A stretch of 64,000 nucleotides of DNA from the human T2T-CHM13v2.0 reference genome, Homo sapiens (GCF_009914755.1 NC_060945.1), one strand, 5' to 3'; positions 44,004 to 59,803 are shown, counted from the stretch's first letter. The notes: a model not told the origin generated them from the sequence alone. Program-made: numbers and translations.

Positions 44004-44699
44004 CTTAGAAACAACATAAATATTTTTCCTCATAGTTCAGGAGGCTGGGAATTCCAAGATCAAAATTCCCTCATCACCATTGCCAATAAAGTACTGAGTA
44101 TCCACCTGTTACCTAAACACGCAATACTAGTTGTTATATAAAGCCATTTGTTAAAAGCCTCCTTACCATTCGATATAAGTAAAGAGGAAAATTGTATGTT
44201 AACTTGTTTTCTATCCCAGTATGACAGACATTTGAAACAGATAAAAGGAGTGTACTTGTGAGGGTATGTTATATTGTGTGGAATAGAAAGTGTCCACTAG
44301 GGTTAAATTTCTTGGAATAATTCTATTAAAAATGAGTTTGGAAAGAACAAAGTGAGGTAACAAGGTATAAATATACATAAACTCTAGGGTTGTTCCCAAG
44401 AAGTGGTCATAGTTATAATAGGGACAAACTGAATTCTAATTTAATATTTTTCACTTCAATCCCTTAACCATATGCCAAGTATACGTTGGCGATACAAATG
44501 GCCCAGGCTATTTGGAGAAAATGCATTCGATTTCTAATAGCTTACCAATAATATGTATTAGCTTGTTGGACCCATTTTACAAATGAAGGAATTATGTGTC
44601 ATAGAAACTACATTATCTGCCCAAGAATTAAAGAGCAAGAAAGGGACAGGGTCTTACTTTGACCTTAGCCAGGACTCTCCCCCATGGCCCAGCTGCCTT

Positions 44700-44811
44700 C
44701 TGGCATTCAGAATTGCTAAATGTGTCACATTTAAGAAGGTAGTCTACAACATCCTGCTGGCATTCAGAATTGCTAAATGTGTCACATTTAAGAAGGTGGT
44801 CTACAACATCC
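44700..44811. repeat. 57-bp-period tandem duplication (2 copies)
   Basis: CTGGCATTCAGAATTGCTAAATGTGTCACATTTAAGAAGGTRGTCTACAACATCC twice, 1 mismatch in 55 bp. Confidence 0.97.
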
Positions 44812-45139
44812 AGGAAGGCAGTAATACCCCATTAAAGTTTTAGAGCTAAGTACAATTTTGTTTTCTTTTTCAATCTGACTTTTGCATATATAAAATGTTA
44901 AATTTTTCAGGTGAGAAATTACTCTGATAATGCAATTAGTCTGTAAGGAGTTTAGGTAGTTATCCTAAGGCAAGGTAACAGTAAGGATACTTCAAATACT
45001 TGAAATATCTGATAAACTATATTAACTCAATATCTATCAAATATCACATACTCATATGAGCTTGTATGTCTTATTTTTAATAAGTTAAAGAGACTCAAAT
45101 AGGAAGCAAAAGGTCAAGTTATTATTTGGTTTTGGACAA

Positions 45140-45632
45140 TGGCTTCCTGCTCCAGTTGAAATAAAATGTAAAGACCTCGCTATCATTTTTAAGGTGTAGT
45201 GGTTTCACCCCTCCCTGTCTCTCCCACTTCACTGACCACTTCCTTAACTGTCCACTCCGAAACACCTCTTCTTCCTGTTCTTCCAATACACCAAACTCTT
45301 TCTTGCCTCTGTGTGCTTGCCCATGCTGTTCCTTCTGGCTTCTTCCTTCGCATTCAAGTCTTGACTTAGATGTCACTTGCCAAGGGAGACCTTGGAGAAC
45401 CCTTCCTGACCATCTCATCCATCACCCTCACCCCATGTCATCTCTACAGCATCACTCTGGGTTATTTTCTTCACTGCACTTGTATCACCATGGATTATAT
45501 GTTTATTGTCCTTCCCTCTCACAGAATATAAGCCCCATGAAGACACAGATCGAATTCTAACTTATTGCTGTCCCCAGCCCTTAAGAGTTCAGAAGAACTC
45601 ACAAGCACGCACATATTTGTTGAGCTAATGAA
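45140..45632 (+). mobile_element. L2 3' region
   Basis: Pyrimidine-rich L2-like sequence ending ATATTTGTTGA..TAATGAA. Confidence 0.6.
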
Positions 45633-45916
45633 TTGCAGATATTGTACCAGTGATTAAATGGAAACGAGGTTTTAAAAGATGCAAAACAAAATACATTTGA
45701 CTAAGTTAAATGTTTGAAGAGCCAAAATAGTTTCTGGATTAGAGTTCAAAATTAGTACTAAAAGTATTTTCTGCCCTAAACTGAAGTGTGGTACTGCCTT
45801 AGAAACCTGTTAACTTAAACTACACTATTTAAGAGTTAAAGCATATGTTTTATATATTGGAACTTCACAAAAAAGGATTTTTTAATTTTGTTTTATTAAG
45901 TCTGTGCTATTAATAA

Positions 45917-46354
<438 letters not shown>

Positions 46355-47089
46355 TGATGTTTCAATATTATAAAACTATTTAAAATTATCTGAAAGCATC
46401 ATGTATCATGGTCATGAGTTCCTCACTGTTATTTTACTATTCAGAGCTAGAATGCTCAGTCTGAGCCAGTTCAGCTTACTTTACACACAGGAAATGGAGG
46501 TTGAATTTCCAAGCGACCGAGTGATCCATTTCTGATGTTCATCAGTAAGTCAGACTTACATCTTAAATAGCTGCTAACATTTGCTACCTATCTACAGATG
46601 TTTTCCACTAAATCTCATGTTCCAAAATAGAAGGTTTTAATCGACTCCTATGAACACAGGTTAAATAGCATATTTTGTTGTTGTTGTTTTCGTTTATGCT
46701 TTTTCAGAAAGTTACTTAGGTCCATTCATTTATCCCCCTATATTTGAAACAAAATTCTCCTTTCTTACAAGCCCCTTTTCAGTTAATCTCAGGTGGCTAT
46801 CATACTTAAAATTGTGGAGAATTATTTTCATCCATAAGGCCTGTAGGAAGATGCCCCTACCTCAAAACTTATTGGGATAAAGTCAAAAAAGGGTCATCCT
46901 CTTAAAGGTAAAACAGGAAAATATTAATCAATCCTAGATTTGGAACAATAATACACTGTGCAATAGAGTCTGGACATGTGTGGCTGGTGGGTGGAGATTC
47001 TGCAAAGCCATGAGTCCCTGGAAGGTAACCAGCAGACTAATTTTACAGTGTGACATAGCTTATCACAATAGCGGACAGGAACCTGGGTT

Positions 47090-47290
47090 TAAAGAGGACT
47101 CACTTGGGCAGTAATCCTGGCCTGTCGTTTCAGGAATATGACCTTGGGCAAGATACTTGTATTCTTTGAATCTCACTCTTATCATCTGAAAAATAAAAAC
47201 ACTAACGACTGTCTCAAGACTGCTGTGAGTATTCAATAAAATAACAGCTGTCAGGCCATTAGTTAGCACAATATTTGGCACAGGGTAGGG
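47090..47290. mobile_element. MIR
   Basis: TGACCTTGGGCAAG...CTCA.T.T..TCATCTG.AAAAT. Confidence 0.65.
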
Positions 47291-47840
47291 GGTAATAAAG
47301 AGTAGCCATAGAGATAATGTTGGGATGATGGCCTAAAGAGGATGCTGGAGCACAGTTAGGTGTGAACAGAGGGTCGCATGCCATAATCATAATCAATAAC
47401 TTGTAGATAATCAATAACTTGTATGTAGATAAAAACTTGACTGTCTACAGTAAGAGATGTGGGCTCTCAACTGGGTCCAGCAAATGGAACAAATGATTGT
47501 GTTTTTGGTGTTACTCAGGGGAGGGGAGGCTGATGCCAAGACAGTAACCTCAGTCTTTGTAGAGGGAACCCCATATGCTAAAGAGATATCGCTTGAGAAT
47601 GTTTCATGCTCTTGAGCCCAATTCTATGTGCTCCCTGATGGAAGGACAGGTAGGTATTGGGTGAGGTGAGCAACCAACACTTACTGGGTGCACCTTCAAA
47701 TAGGACACCTTCTGAAGTCCCCCTAGCCCAGGCAGCACAGGGCAGGCCTTCTTTGGTGCCACCAAGTGCAATTGTGTTTCCTTCTTATTTTACCATCTGC
47801 TATGCATTTCTTTCCATATCCATGCCTATAATTCCATGAG

Positions 47841-48168
47841 TTTGGGAGGCTGAGGTAGGTGAATTGCTTGAGCCCAGGAGTTTGAGACTAGCCTAGGCAA
47901 CATGGTGAAACCCTGTCTCTCCAAAAAATACAAAAATTAGCCAGGCATGGTGGTGCACACCTGCAGTCCCAGCTACTCAGGAGGCTGAGGTGGGAGGATC
48001 ACTTGCGCCCAGGAGATCAAGGCTGCAGTGAGCCCTGATCACACCACTGCACTCCAGCCTGGGTGACAAAGTGAGATCCTGTCTCAAAAAAAAAGAAAAG
48101 AAAAGAGGAAGGAAGGAAGGAAAAGAGAAGGGAAGGGAGAGAAGAGAAAAAAGAAAAGAAAAGAGAAA
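47841..48168 (+). mobile_element. 5'-truncated AluJ with GA-rich tail
   Basis: GAGCCCAGGAGTTTGAGAC and AGGCTGCAGTGAGC diagnostics. Confidence 0.9.
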
Positions 48169-50206
48169 TTGCTAGGGAAAGGCACATACTGGGTTTCCAA
48201 GAGCCATCTCTATTCGAAGGTGTGCAAAAGACTCCCAGTGCTTAAAGGCCCAGCCAAGCTCTGCCCTGAAGGCCAGGGTGCTGTTTGCCTCAGGAACGGG
48301 AACACAACCTTTGTAGCTGAAAGTCAGCTCTTCTGAACCTCCTCACATAAAACACTTATCAACAGAAAAGATGAGGCACAACCTAACCACATACTCTGGT
48401 TCCAATTTATAAGAGGATCAGATCCAAATATAGTTTATTACATTGAAAGGGATGTTCTGATGAGAATCCATTTTTAAAAGAAAGGAAAATAGCAAAGAAG
48501 CAAGCAAGTTGTAGCATTACTACAGTCTTTGGATCCAAACATCGCGAATGAGAAATGCTTTAGGCAAAGTAAAAGTTTTGACCTGAATGAGACGAAGTAT
48601 CCTGGTACCTAAAGTCATCCCTGTTGGTAATGGGATCCACAGGCGGCAAACTGTGGCCTCTGTGCTCTGTGTGAGTGCATGTGCGTGTCTGGACTGATTC
48701 TTAGGCCCTGCTGGCCTGTGGTTTTCCTTTGCGCAAGAACTAGCACAAGGCAGAGCACTAGGACCAGCCTGTTTTCTCTGCAGTGGTTTGCTGAGCCCAT
48801 GCTCTGGGGGTAAGCCTTAAAATGGCACATGAGCTTGTAGCAAGAAGGACCCTAATATCGTCACATCAACACGGCTGACTCACTTGTCCCCTAATAATAG
48901 ACAGGTACTACCTAGAAAAGTAGATGTTTTAGAAAAACACTAAAGATATTTTTATATCTGCAGGATCGGTACCACTCTCCAGCTTTCTGATACTTGCTTT
49001 CAAATATAAGAGTGCTTCCCCTACATGACACCTTTTTAAGGAAGGACTAATTTTAAAGCATATTAGAGCCCATATTCTGATATTCATTGACGGGTGGGAG
49101 TTGATGAGCGTAAGGTGACTCAGAGGCCCTCAATGGCCATTTTTGTCAAAGAGCTTATTGAATTTTGTGGGTATTATTCAGTTAGCTAAAAGAAAAAACA
49201 TCTTATCTACTCAGAGTTCCACAGCACAAAGAACCAAAAGTTCTTTCTTAATTGGAGAGGTTGGAAAGTATAATTATGCCGTATGCTTGGCAGGTAAATA
49301 TCTTAAAAACAAGAACAACAGAACACAGAATTGTGGTAATTTCTTGCAACAAGAAAATGTCTTGAAGATGACCTACCTCCTGCACCCCTGACCATACTGG
49401 GTGATACGAAATGTGCACATTAAGAAAAACTAGTGAACTCTATTTAGATAATTTTAAGGGAAACATAGAATGATTTTTATGTGATCTACGACCTGACCAC
49501 ATTACAGTTTTATAGCTGAAAATCACTCTTGGGGAAAAATAAAATAGCTCCCAGTTTCCTCATTTTACAAATATTTCATATATATATATATGCTCATGTT
49601 CCTCAGTATTCCAGAATTCATCAAAAGATAATAGGTAAGGCAGCATGATGTTATATTAAAAATAAAATAAACAGCATCATCTTCTACACTTGTCTTTTCC
49701 CTTAAAATGAAAAAATGAAAGTTTATAAACTCATTTGTAATTAAGATTATAGCTGTTTACAAATATTTTTGCTAGTTAATTTTACCAACCCAATTAATTT
49801 ATCACATTTTCAGAAACCCAAATCTAATAAAACACACTCTCAATAAATAGTAAGCACTCACAACATAATGCATATATTTAGCCGTTATTTCTAAGCCAGG
49901 TTGGCTATTACTAGCTTCAACTAATTTTTGCCTGACTGGAGGGCACTGCTACACCCTGAGAGCAATATTCACAGGGTAAAGAAAAATAATCTACTTTTCC
50001 TACATGACCTTGTGTATTTCATATTTATGTTTTATTTCTTGGGAAAATATCTTCTTCAAACGAAATGTCTCCTTTGTTGGTTTAATGACAGAAATGGGGT
50101 ACTAAGTATTTCACAGAGTTTTAGGATAAAAAGGTTCATGGTTCTAAATCAAAGTTTGCAAGCCGGTTTTTTTTTTTTTTTTAACCTATCTTTTTTACAG
50201 TAATAG

Positions 50207-50519
<313 letters not shown>

Positions 50520-51205
50520 TATTTCTTAGAACAGTTACAGATGTATAGAAAAATTGAGGCGATAGTAGAGAGAGCTCCCATGCACTGTCCCCTGCCACTC
50601 CCCTATACTCAACTTCCTATATTATGAACATCTTGCAACAGTGTGAGGAATTTGCTGTTAACTAAAGGCCGCGATTTACATTAAGCTGTACTCTGTGTGT
50701 TGTACGTTCTGTGCCTTCTGACAAATGTATAATGTCATGTATTCACCATGCTAGTGCCATGCAGAATAGTTTTACTGCCTCACAAATCCCTGGGGTTTGT
50801 CCTGTTCATCTTTCCCCACCTGCCACCTTCACATCCCTGGCAGTCACTGACATTTTTATTGTCTCAGCATTTGCCTTTTCCAGAATGTCATATGGTTGGA
50901 TCCACATACGATGTGGCTTTTTCAGACTTGCTTTCCTTGTGTGGCTGTATGCATTTAAGGTGCTTCCTGATCTTTTTGTAGCTTGATGGATCATTCTTCT
51001 CATCACTGAGTAAAAGTCCACAGTTCACTCACTCAGTTGCTGAAGAACACTTCGGTTGATTTTAGTTCGGTTGCCTTTAGTAAACATTCATGTGCAGATT
51101 TTTACGGGGAAATAAGTTTTCAAATTATTTGCATGAATGCCAAGAAGCGTGATTGCTGGATCCTATGGTAAGACTATGTTTAGTTTGTAAGAAACTGCCA
51201 AACTG

Positions 51206-51509
51206 TTTTTTTTTTTTTTTTTTTTTTTTGAGATGGAGTCTCACTCTGTCACCCAGGCTACAGTGCAGTGGCACGATCTTGGCTCACTGAAACCTCCGCC
51301 TCCTGGGTTCAAGTGATTCTCCTGCCTCAGCCTCCCAAGTAGCTGGGATTACAGGTGCACGCCATGACACCCGGCTAATTTTTGTATTTTTAGTAGAGAC
51401 AGGTTGTCATCATGTTGGCCAGGATGGACTTGATCTCTTGACCTTGTGATCTGCCCACCTCGGCCTCCCAAAGTGCTGGGATTACAGGCGTGAGCCACCG
51501 CGACTGGCC
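51206..51509 (-). mobile_element. AluSc-like
   Basis: TSD CAAACTGT. Confidence 0.95.
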
Positions 51510-51907
51510 CAAACTGTCTTTTAAAGTGACTCTGCCGTCTCTGTTACTCCACATCTCATCAGCATTTGATATTGTAAGTTTTTTGAATTTTAGCCAGTTT
51601 AGTAGCTATAGAGTAGTATCTCGTTATTGTTTTAATTTAAAATTATTTAACGACATATAATGCTGATCATCTTTTCATATCTTTATCTTCCACTTCTGTG
51701 TCTTCTTAGGTGAGGTGATCTTCCAGATCTTTTGTTCTTTTTTAACATTGGATCATTTGTTTTCACATTGTTGAGCTTTAAGGCTGCTTTATATATTTGG
51801 ATACAAGTCTTTTTCCAATATGTGTTTCACAAAGATTTTCTCTCCATCTTTGGCTTGTCTTTTAACGTTCTCAATTGTTCAATTGTGTCTTTTGCTGAGC
51901 AGAAGGC

Positions 51908-52862
51908 TTTTTTTTATTATTATTATTTTACTTTAAGTTCTGGGATACAAGTGCAGAACATGCAGGTTTGTTACATAGGTGTACATGTACCATGGTGGTT
52001 TGCTGTACCTATCAACCTGTCATCTAGGTTTTAAGCCCCACATGCATTAGCTATTTATCCTAATGCTCTCCCTCCCTTGGCCCCCAACCCCCTGGCTGGC
52101 CTCAGTATGTGTTGTTCTCCTCCCTGTGTCCATGTGTTATCATTGTTCTGGGACACAGCTAAAGCAGTGTTAAGAGGGAAATTTATAGCACTAAATGCCC
52201 ACATCAGAAAGCCAGAAAGATCTCAAATCGACACCCTAACATCACAATTAAAAGAGCTAGAGAAGCAAGAGCAAACAAATCCAAAAGCTAGCAGAAAACA
52301 ATAAATAACTAAGATCAGAGTAGAACTGAAGGAGATAGAGACACAAAAAATCCTTCAAAAAAATCAATGAATCCAGGAGCTGGTTTTTTGAAAATGTTAA
52401 CAAAATAGATAGATTGCTAGATAGACTAGTAAAGAAGAAAAGAGAGAAGAATAGACACAATAAAACACGATAAAGGGGATATCACCACTGACCCCACAGA
52501 AATACAAACTACCATCAGAGAATACTATAAACACCTCTATGCAAATAAACTAGAAAATCTAGAAGAAATGGATAAATTCCTGGACACATACACCCTCCCA
52601 AGATGAAACCAGGAAGAAGTCAAATCTCTGGATAGACCAATAACAAGTTCTGAAATTGAGGCAGTCATTAATAGCCTACCAACCAAAAAAAGCCCAGAAT
52701 CAGATGGATTCACAGCTGAATTCTACAGAGTTACAAAGAGGAGCTGGTACCATCCTTCTGAAACTATTTCAAATAATTGAAAAGGAGGGACTCCTCCCTA
52801 ACTCATTTTATGAGGCCATCATCTCCTGATACCAAAACCTGGCAGAGATACAACAATAAAAA
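51908..52862 (-). mobile_element. L1PA (PA7/8-like) 5'-inverted insertion: antisense 3' end 51908-52148 joined to sense ORF2 fragment 52147-52862
   Basis: [21 protein letters not shown]... L1 ORF2 peptide on +; TSD GAGCAGAAG at 51897 and 52863. Confidence 0.9.
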
Positions 52863-52895
52863 GAGCAGAAGTTTTTAAATTGAAGGAAGTCAAAC

Positions 52896-53238
52896 TATCT
52901 TAGCTAGCTTGGGTTGCTATAAGAAAATACCATCAACTGGGTAATTTATGAACAACTGACATTTCTCACAGTGCTGGAGACTGGATAGTCCAAGATCAGG
53001 GCACCAGCAGATTTGCTGTCTTGTGTGGAGCTGCTTTCTGGTTCATAGATGGTGATTCTTGCTACGTCCTCACATGGTGGAAGAGACAAGGCAGCTCTCT
53101 GGGGTCTTTATTATATGGGCACTAATCTCATTCACGAGGGCAGAGACCTCATGATTTAATCACCTCTCAAAGGCCCCACCTCCTAAGACTATCACAACAT
53201 ATGAATTTTGGGGAGACACATACATCCAGACCATAGCA
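52896..53238 (-). mobile_element. MLT1A-like MaLR LTR
   Basis: T.TCTTAG...GCTATAA.AAAATACCAT...CAGACCATAGCA. Confidence 0.8.
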
Positions 53239-54760
53239 CCAACTTATTAATTTGTCCTTTCATTCGTCATACTTTTGCGGTTGTATCTAAAAAGTCAAAA
53301 CCAAACCCAAGGTTACCTAGACTTCCTCCTATATTATCTTTTAGTAGTTGTATTGTTTTGCACTTTATATGTGGGTCTCTAATCAATTTTGAGTTTTTTT
53401 GTTGTTGTTGTTAAAGCACGTATTGTAAAATATTTGCTAAATTTTGTGTCTAGTTTCTTTCACACATGGATTTTCAGGTGTTCCAGCATTATTTGTTGAA
53501 AAGACTATCCTTTCCCCATTGAATTGTCTTTGTTCCTTTGTCAATATTCAGTTGAATATATTTGTGTGCATCTGTTTCTGAGCCCTCATTCTGTTCCATT
53601 GACCTACTTGCCTGTTCTTCCACCAACACCAGAAGCTAGTGATTACCAAAAGTCTTGAAGTCAGGTAATGTCAGTTCTCTCATGGTTCTTCTACAGTATC
53701 TCCTTGCCTATTCTAGGTCTTTTAGCTTTCCATGTAAGCTTTAGAATCAGTTTTTCAATGTGTAAAAATTGGCTTGCTGAGATTTTGATTGGGATGACTC
53801 TGAATCTATAAATCAAGTTGAGAAAAACTGACATCGTAACAAAATTGAGTCCTGTCCATGACAATAGAATCTCTCTCCATTTCTATATATCTTGTCTATT
53901 TCATTAGAGTTTTGTAGTTTTCTTCATGTAAATACTGTCCAGATGTAGTTAGATTAATATTTAAGTGGGTTTTTTGGTGCTAATAGAAATTATATTGGTT
54001 TTTCATTTCAAATTCCAATTGTTTATTGCTGGTACATTGGAAAGCAATTGACTTTCATATATTAGTCTTGTATCCTGCAACCCTCTATGACTACTTATTA
54101 ATTCCAGAAATTTTTTTGTTAACTGTTTCAGATTTTCAAATAGACTACCATGTCATCTGTGAACAAGGACAATTTTATTTATTTCTTCTCAATCTGTATA
54201 TATTTTATTTCCTTTTCTTGCCTTCCTGGATTAGCTCAGACTTCCAGCACAATGTTGAAAAGGAGTGATGAAAAGGAAAATCTTTTACTTGTTCCAATCT
54301 TAGAGGGAAGAAACTTATTTTCTCATTATTAAGTATGATGTCTGTTATAGGTTTTATGTAGATTCTTTTTTCCAAGATGAGGAAGTTCCCCTCTATTCCT
54401 AGTTTGCTGAGACATTTTTATCATAAATAAGTGCCGGTTTTACCAAATTCTTTTTTGCATCTGTTGTTATGATCATATGATTTTCATTCTTCAGCCTATT
54501 ATAATGCGATAGGTTACATTTCCTCATTTTCTAATGTTAAAGCATCCTTCAATACCTGGAATAAATCCAAATGCATCATGGTACATTATTCTTTTTATAC
54601 ATTGTTGGATTTAATCTGCTAGTATTTTATTGAGTAATTTTGTATCTAAATTCATTAGAGCTATTGATCTGTAGTTTTCTTGTGATGTCTTTATCTGTTT
54701 TGGTTTTAGGATAATACTGGCCTCATCAAATGAGTTAGCAAATGTTCCCTCTGCTTCTAC

Positions 54761-55070
54761 TTTTTTTTTTTTTTTTTTTTTTTTTGAGATTGGGTCTCAC
54801 TCTGTCACTTAGTCTGGAGTGCAGTGGCTAGATCTCTGCTCACTACAACCTCTGTCTCCCAGGCTGAAGTAATTCTCCCACCTCAGCCTCCCAAGTAGCT
54901 GGGACTATAGCCATGTGCCTCCATGCTCAGATAATTATTTGTATTTTTTGTAGAGACAGGGTTTGTCATGTTGCCCAGGCTGGTCTGGAAATCCTGAGCT
55001 CAAGCAATCCGCCCGCTGCGGCTTCTCAAAGTGCTGAGATCATAGTCATGAGACATAACGTCAGCTCAGC
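54761..55070 (-). mobile_element. AluJ
   Basis: Diverged antisense dimer. Confidence 0.9.
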
Positions 55071-58000
55071 TTTTATTTTTAGGAAGAGATTGCAAAGAAT
55101 TGGTATCATTTTTTTTCTTTAAGAGTTGGTAGATTTCACTAGTGCAAACACTGGTGCCTGATGCTATCTTTTTTGGAAGGTTATTAATTATTGAGTCAAT
55201 TTCTTTCATTGATATAGGCCCATTCAGAATATCTGTTTCTCCTTATACAAATCTTGATAGTCTGTGTCCTTCAAGAAATTAGTTTATTTCATCCAAGTAT
55301 TCAAATTTATGGCTACAGGGCTTTTCATAACCCTATTATCCCTTTAATTATTATCCTTTTAACATCTATGAAAGCATTCCTGATGAGTTCTCTTTTATTT
55401 CCAATATTAATAATTCATGTCTTCTTTTTGCTTGATAGCCAGGTTAGAGGTTTACCAATTTTATTGACATTTTTAAAGAACCAGATTTTAGTTTTGCTGA
55501 TTTTCTCTACTGGTTTCCTGGTCTCAATGTAGCTGATTTCTGGTCTAAGTTTTATTATTTTCTTTCTTCTGCTTGTTTTAGGCTGATATTGCACTTCTTA
55601 CTCCAGTTTTCTAAGGTGGAAGCTTCGACTATTGATTTCAAATCTTTTTTCTTTTCTAATCTATGCATTCAATGTTATAAGTTTCTGTGAAGCAGTGATT
55701 TCATTGCATCCCACATTTTGATAGGTTATATTTTCATTTAGTTACAAATAATTTAAATTTCCCTTGAGATTTCTGCTTTGACTTATGTGTTATTTGGAAG
55801 TGTATTTTTATTCTCCAAATATTTAGAGATTTGCAGCTGTCTTTATGTTATTAAATTTAATTCCATTGAAGTTTAATTTCATTATAATCAAGACCATATT
55901 TTATATGATGTCTATGATTTTAATTTTCTTGAGATGTCTTTTATAGTCCAGAATATAGTCTTGGTGAATAGACCATGTGAATTTGTAAAGAATGTGCATT
56001 CTGCTGTTGTTCATGAAGTATTCTATGAATGTAAATTAGATTCAGTTGTTTGATGGCATTGTTACATAGGTCAACTATAACCTTACTGATTTTCTGTCTG
56101 CTGGCTCTGTTAACTACTGACAGAGGGGTGCTGAAGCCCCTAACTATAACAGCAAGTTTTTCTAATTCTGCTTATGCATTTTATTTTACTGTCATTTATT
56201 CCTACGAAGCTCCTCCTTTTGTTATGTAAATCTGAATTTCTGACCCATGCTATTTTCTTCTTTCTGAATACATTCTTTTAACCTTTCTTAAATGTTAAAG
56301 GCAGGTTTACTGGTAACAAATTCCCTCAATTTTTTTGTGTCTGACAAAAATCTTTATTTCTCCTTCACTTTTGAAGAAACATTATGTAGACAGAGAATTC
56401 TATCTTGGTGGGTTTTTTGTTGCTGTTGTTACTGTTGTTGTTGTTCAATACTGTACATTTCACTCCACTCTCTTACTTGTGTAGCTTGTGGCAAAAAGTC
56501 CAGTATAATTCTTAGCTTTGTCTCTCTACAGGTAAGGTGTTTTTCTCTGGCTTGTTTCAATATTGTCTCTTTTTCTTTAGATTTCTGCAGTTTGGATATG
56601 ACATGCCTAGGTGTAGACTTTTTTGCATTTCTTTTTTTTTTTTTTTTTTCTGAGCCTCTTGGATATGTGGTTTAGTGTCTATCATTAATTTTGGAAAGCT
56701 GTCAGCTATTGTTATTTCAAATATATCTTCTGCTCCCTTTTCTCCTTTTTCTGGGATTCTCATTCTGCATGTGTTATACCTTTTGTAATTGTCCCAGAGT
56801 ACTTGAACAGTCTGTTTCTATTTTTCCATTCATTTTTTTTCTCTTTGCATTTTGGTTTAAAAAGTTTCTCCTGACGTATCTTCAAGCTCATTGATTCTTT
56901 CTTGTTTATATCTAGTCTATTAATGAGCTCATCAAAGGCACTTTTTATTTCTGCTACATTGCTTTTGAGTTCTAGCACCTCCTTTAAATTCTTCCTTAGA
57001 GTTTCCATTTCTGTGCTGACATTATCCATCTGTTCTTGCTTGTCATCTACTTTTCCTATTAGAACCCTAATTCTGTTAATCATAGTTAAATTCCATATCC
57101 AATAATTCCAAAATCACTGCCATATATGAGTCTGGTTCTGATGCTTATTCTGTCTCTTCATATGTATTTTTTCTTGCCTTTCATTTCTTGTCATTATTTG
57201 TTGAGAGTCAGACACAGTATTTGGGTAATGAAAGCTAATATAATTAGACTTTTAGCATGAGGTTTTACATGAATCTGGGCTGTATTTAATGTTTGATGTA
57301 GCTGCAGGTGACACAGCCTTTAGTTTCTTTATCTCACTTTTCTCTCTTGTTGTCTTTGTGTTTCCCTAGGAACTCATTCTTGAATAGAGGCTGCATCTTG
57401 CAGCTCTCTTAGCTGTAATTCACTGGTATTATTTTGGAGCCTTGTTGATGTGATGCTGAGGTGTTAGGGAGAGGAAGCTCTCCATACTCTTAAGATAAAA
57501 TCTCAGCTTGCAGTATACCCAAGTCCCTGGATTGTGACTTTCAGATGTGCTTTGTGGTTGTGTTTATTTGTTTGTTTGTTTTTTAGCTTTTCTTCCTCCT
57601 CCTATGTGAGGCAGGCAGGATAGAAGGGGGCACCAGTGGCTAATTTTCCTTTCCTCAAGTTGGACAATGTTCTGGTAAGGTAGCCTTCCTTGAAGGACAT
57701 GGTTTTCTTATAGAGAATGCAATGGGCTTGCTTCAAATACTTACCTTCTCACTTCCCATGCTCAGAACTAGAGGGGATTTTTCTCTGACCTTCATGTGAG
57801 AATCTGGTGAGCTTCCTGGAGGAAAAACTCAAGAAAGCTGTAGGGGCTCCTAGGAAATATTAACTCTCAAGCCTCACATACTTAGTCTCCAGCAATTCAT
57901 TGAACTTACCATTTACGTGTTCCTACCAATCACTGGCTCCGCAAGCTTCTGCCCCCTGTAAGCTGACCTTGGCTCTCATTCTCTGTGTTGACCTGTCTCT

Positions 58001-58145
58001 CCAGATTGCAGACCAGTGGTTTGCCCTGTGACCTCAATCCTCTGATGAATCCAGAAAAGTCATAGATTTTCATTCTGTTCAGCTTTTTTTCATGTTATGA
58101 GCCCAGGAGTAATCACTTCCAAGCTCTCTGGGTGCCCTCGCTGAA

Positions 58146-58372
58146 AATCAAAGTCAGCAAACTTTTTCTTACGAAGGGCCAAATGATAAATATTTTTGGC
58201 TTTGAGAGATACAGAGTCTCTATTGCAGCTCCTGAAGTGTCCTATTGTAATATGAAAGTAGCCATAAACAAAATGCGAATAAGTGAACATGGCTGCGTCC
58301 CAATACAGCTTCATTTACAAAAAAAGGGGTTGGGCCACATTTGGCCTGTGAGCCCCATTTTGCTGATCCCTG
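58146..58372. mobile_element. MER58A hAT relic
   Basis: GTCAGCAAACTTTTTCT..AAGGGCCA...TTTGCTGA.CCCTG. Confidence 0.75.
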
Positions 58373-58439
58373 CTCTATACAGGCTACAGAATGAAAGGCC
58401 ATCAGGGGCCAAGACATTAGTAAACATGAGCAAAGGTGA

Positions 58440-59120
<681 letters not shown>

Positions 59121-59458
59121 TAAAATGTTTAGTGTTGGCAACTATTCAAAATAAATTTTTAAACATTGCCCAGGTCAACAGTCAAACACAAATATTTGTC
59201 AAGTACAAATCCTCTAGCTGGCTAACATTGGCTGGCTTGTGGTTGAATTTGGCCTCCAACCCAGGCCAGCCCCAAGTTTTACCAAACGGGTGCATGGGAG
59301 TTAAAGAAGGTGCCCAAGGTCACACAGCCAGGAGACAGCAGAGTGTGACCTGGGCTGTAGTAGCTGAGCAGCCCACTTCTGTATGCGAGCTCACAGCTCA
59401 GAGCAAATGTACCTTTTAGCTTCCATGGAATGAACATCTCTCTGCTCTGTTTTCAGTC

Positions 59459-59803
59459 TGATATGGTTTGGCTGTGTCATCACCCAAAACTTATCTTGAA
59501 TTCCCACATATTTTGGGAGAGACCTGCTGGGAGGTAATTGAATCATGGGGGCAGGTCTTTCCTGTGCTGTTCTTGTGACAATGAATAAGTCTCACAAGAT
59601 CTTATGGTTTTATAAAGGGCGAGTTTCCCTGCACAAGCTCTGTCTTTGCCTGCTGCCATCCTTGTAAAACATGACTTGGTCCTCCTTGCCTTCCACCATG
59701 TTTGTGAGGCCTTGCCAGCCACGTGGAACTCTGAGTCCATTAAACCTTTTTCCTGTATAAATTACCCAGTCTTGGGTATGTCTTTATTAGCAGTGTGAAA
59801 ACA
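59459..59803 (+). mobile_element. THE1B/C solo LTR
   Basis: TGATATGGTTTGGCTGTGTC start; TSD CAGTC. Confidence 0.9.

Noticed and set aside
52077-52862. L1 ORF2 peptide
   Set aside because: Fragment with stops and frameshifts; not a functional CDS
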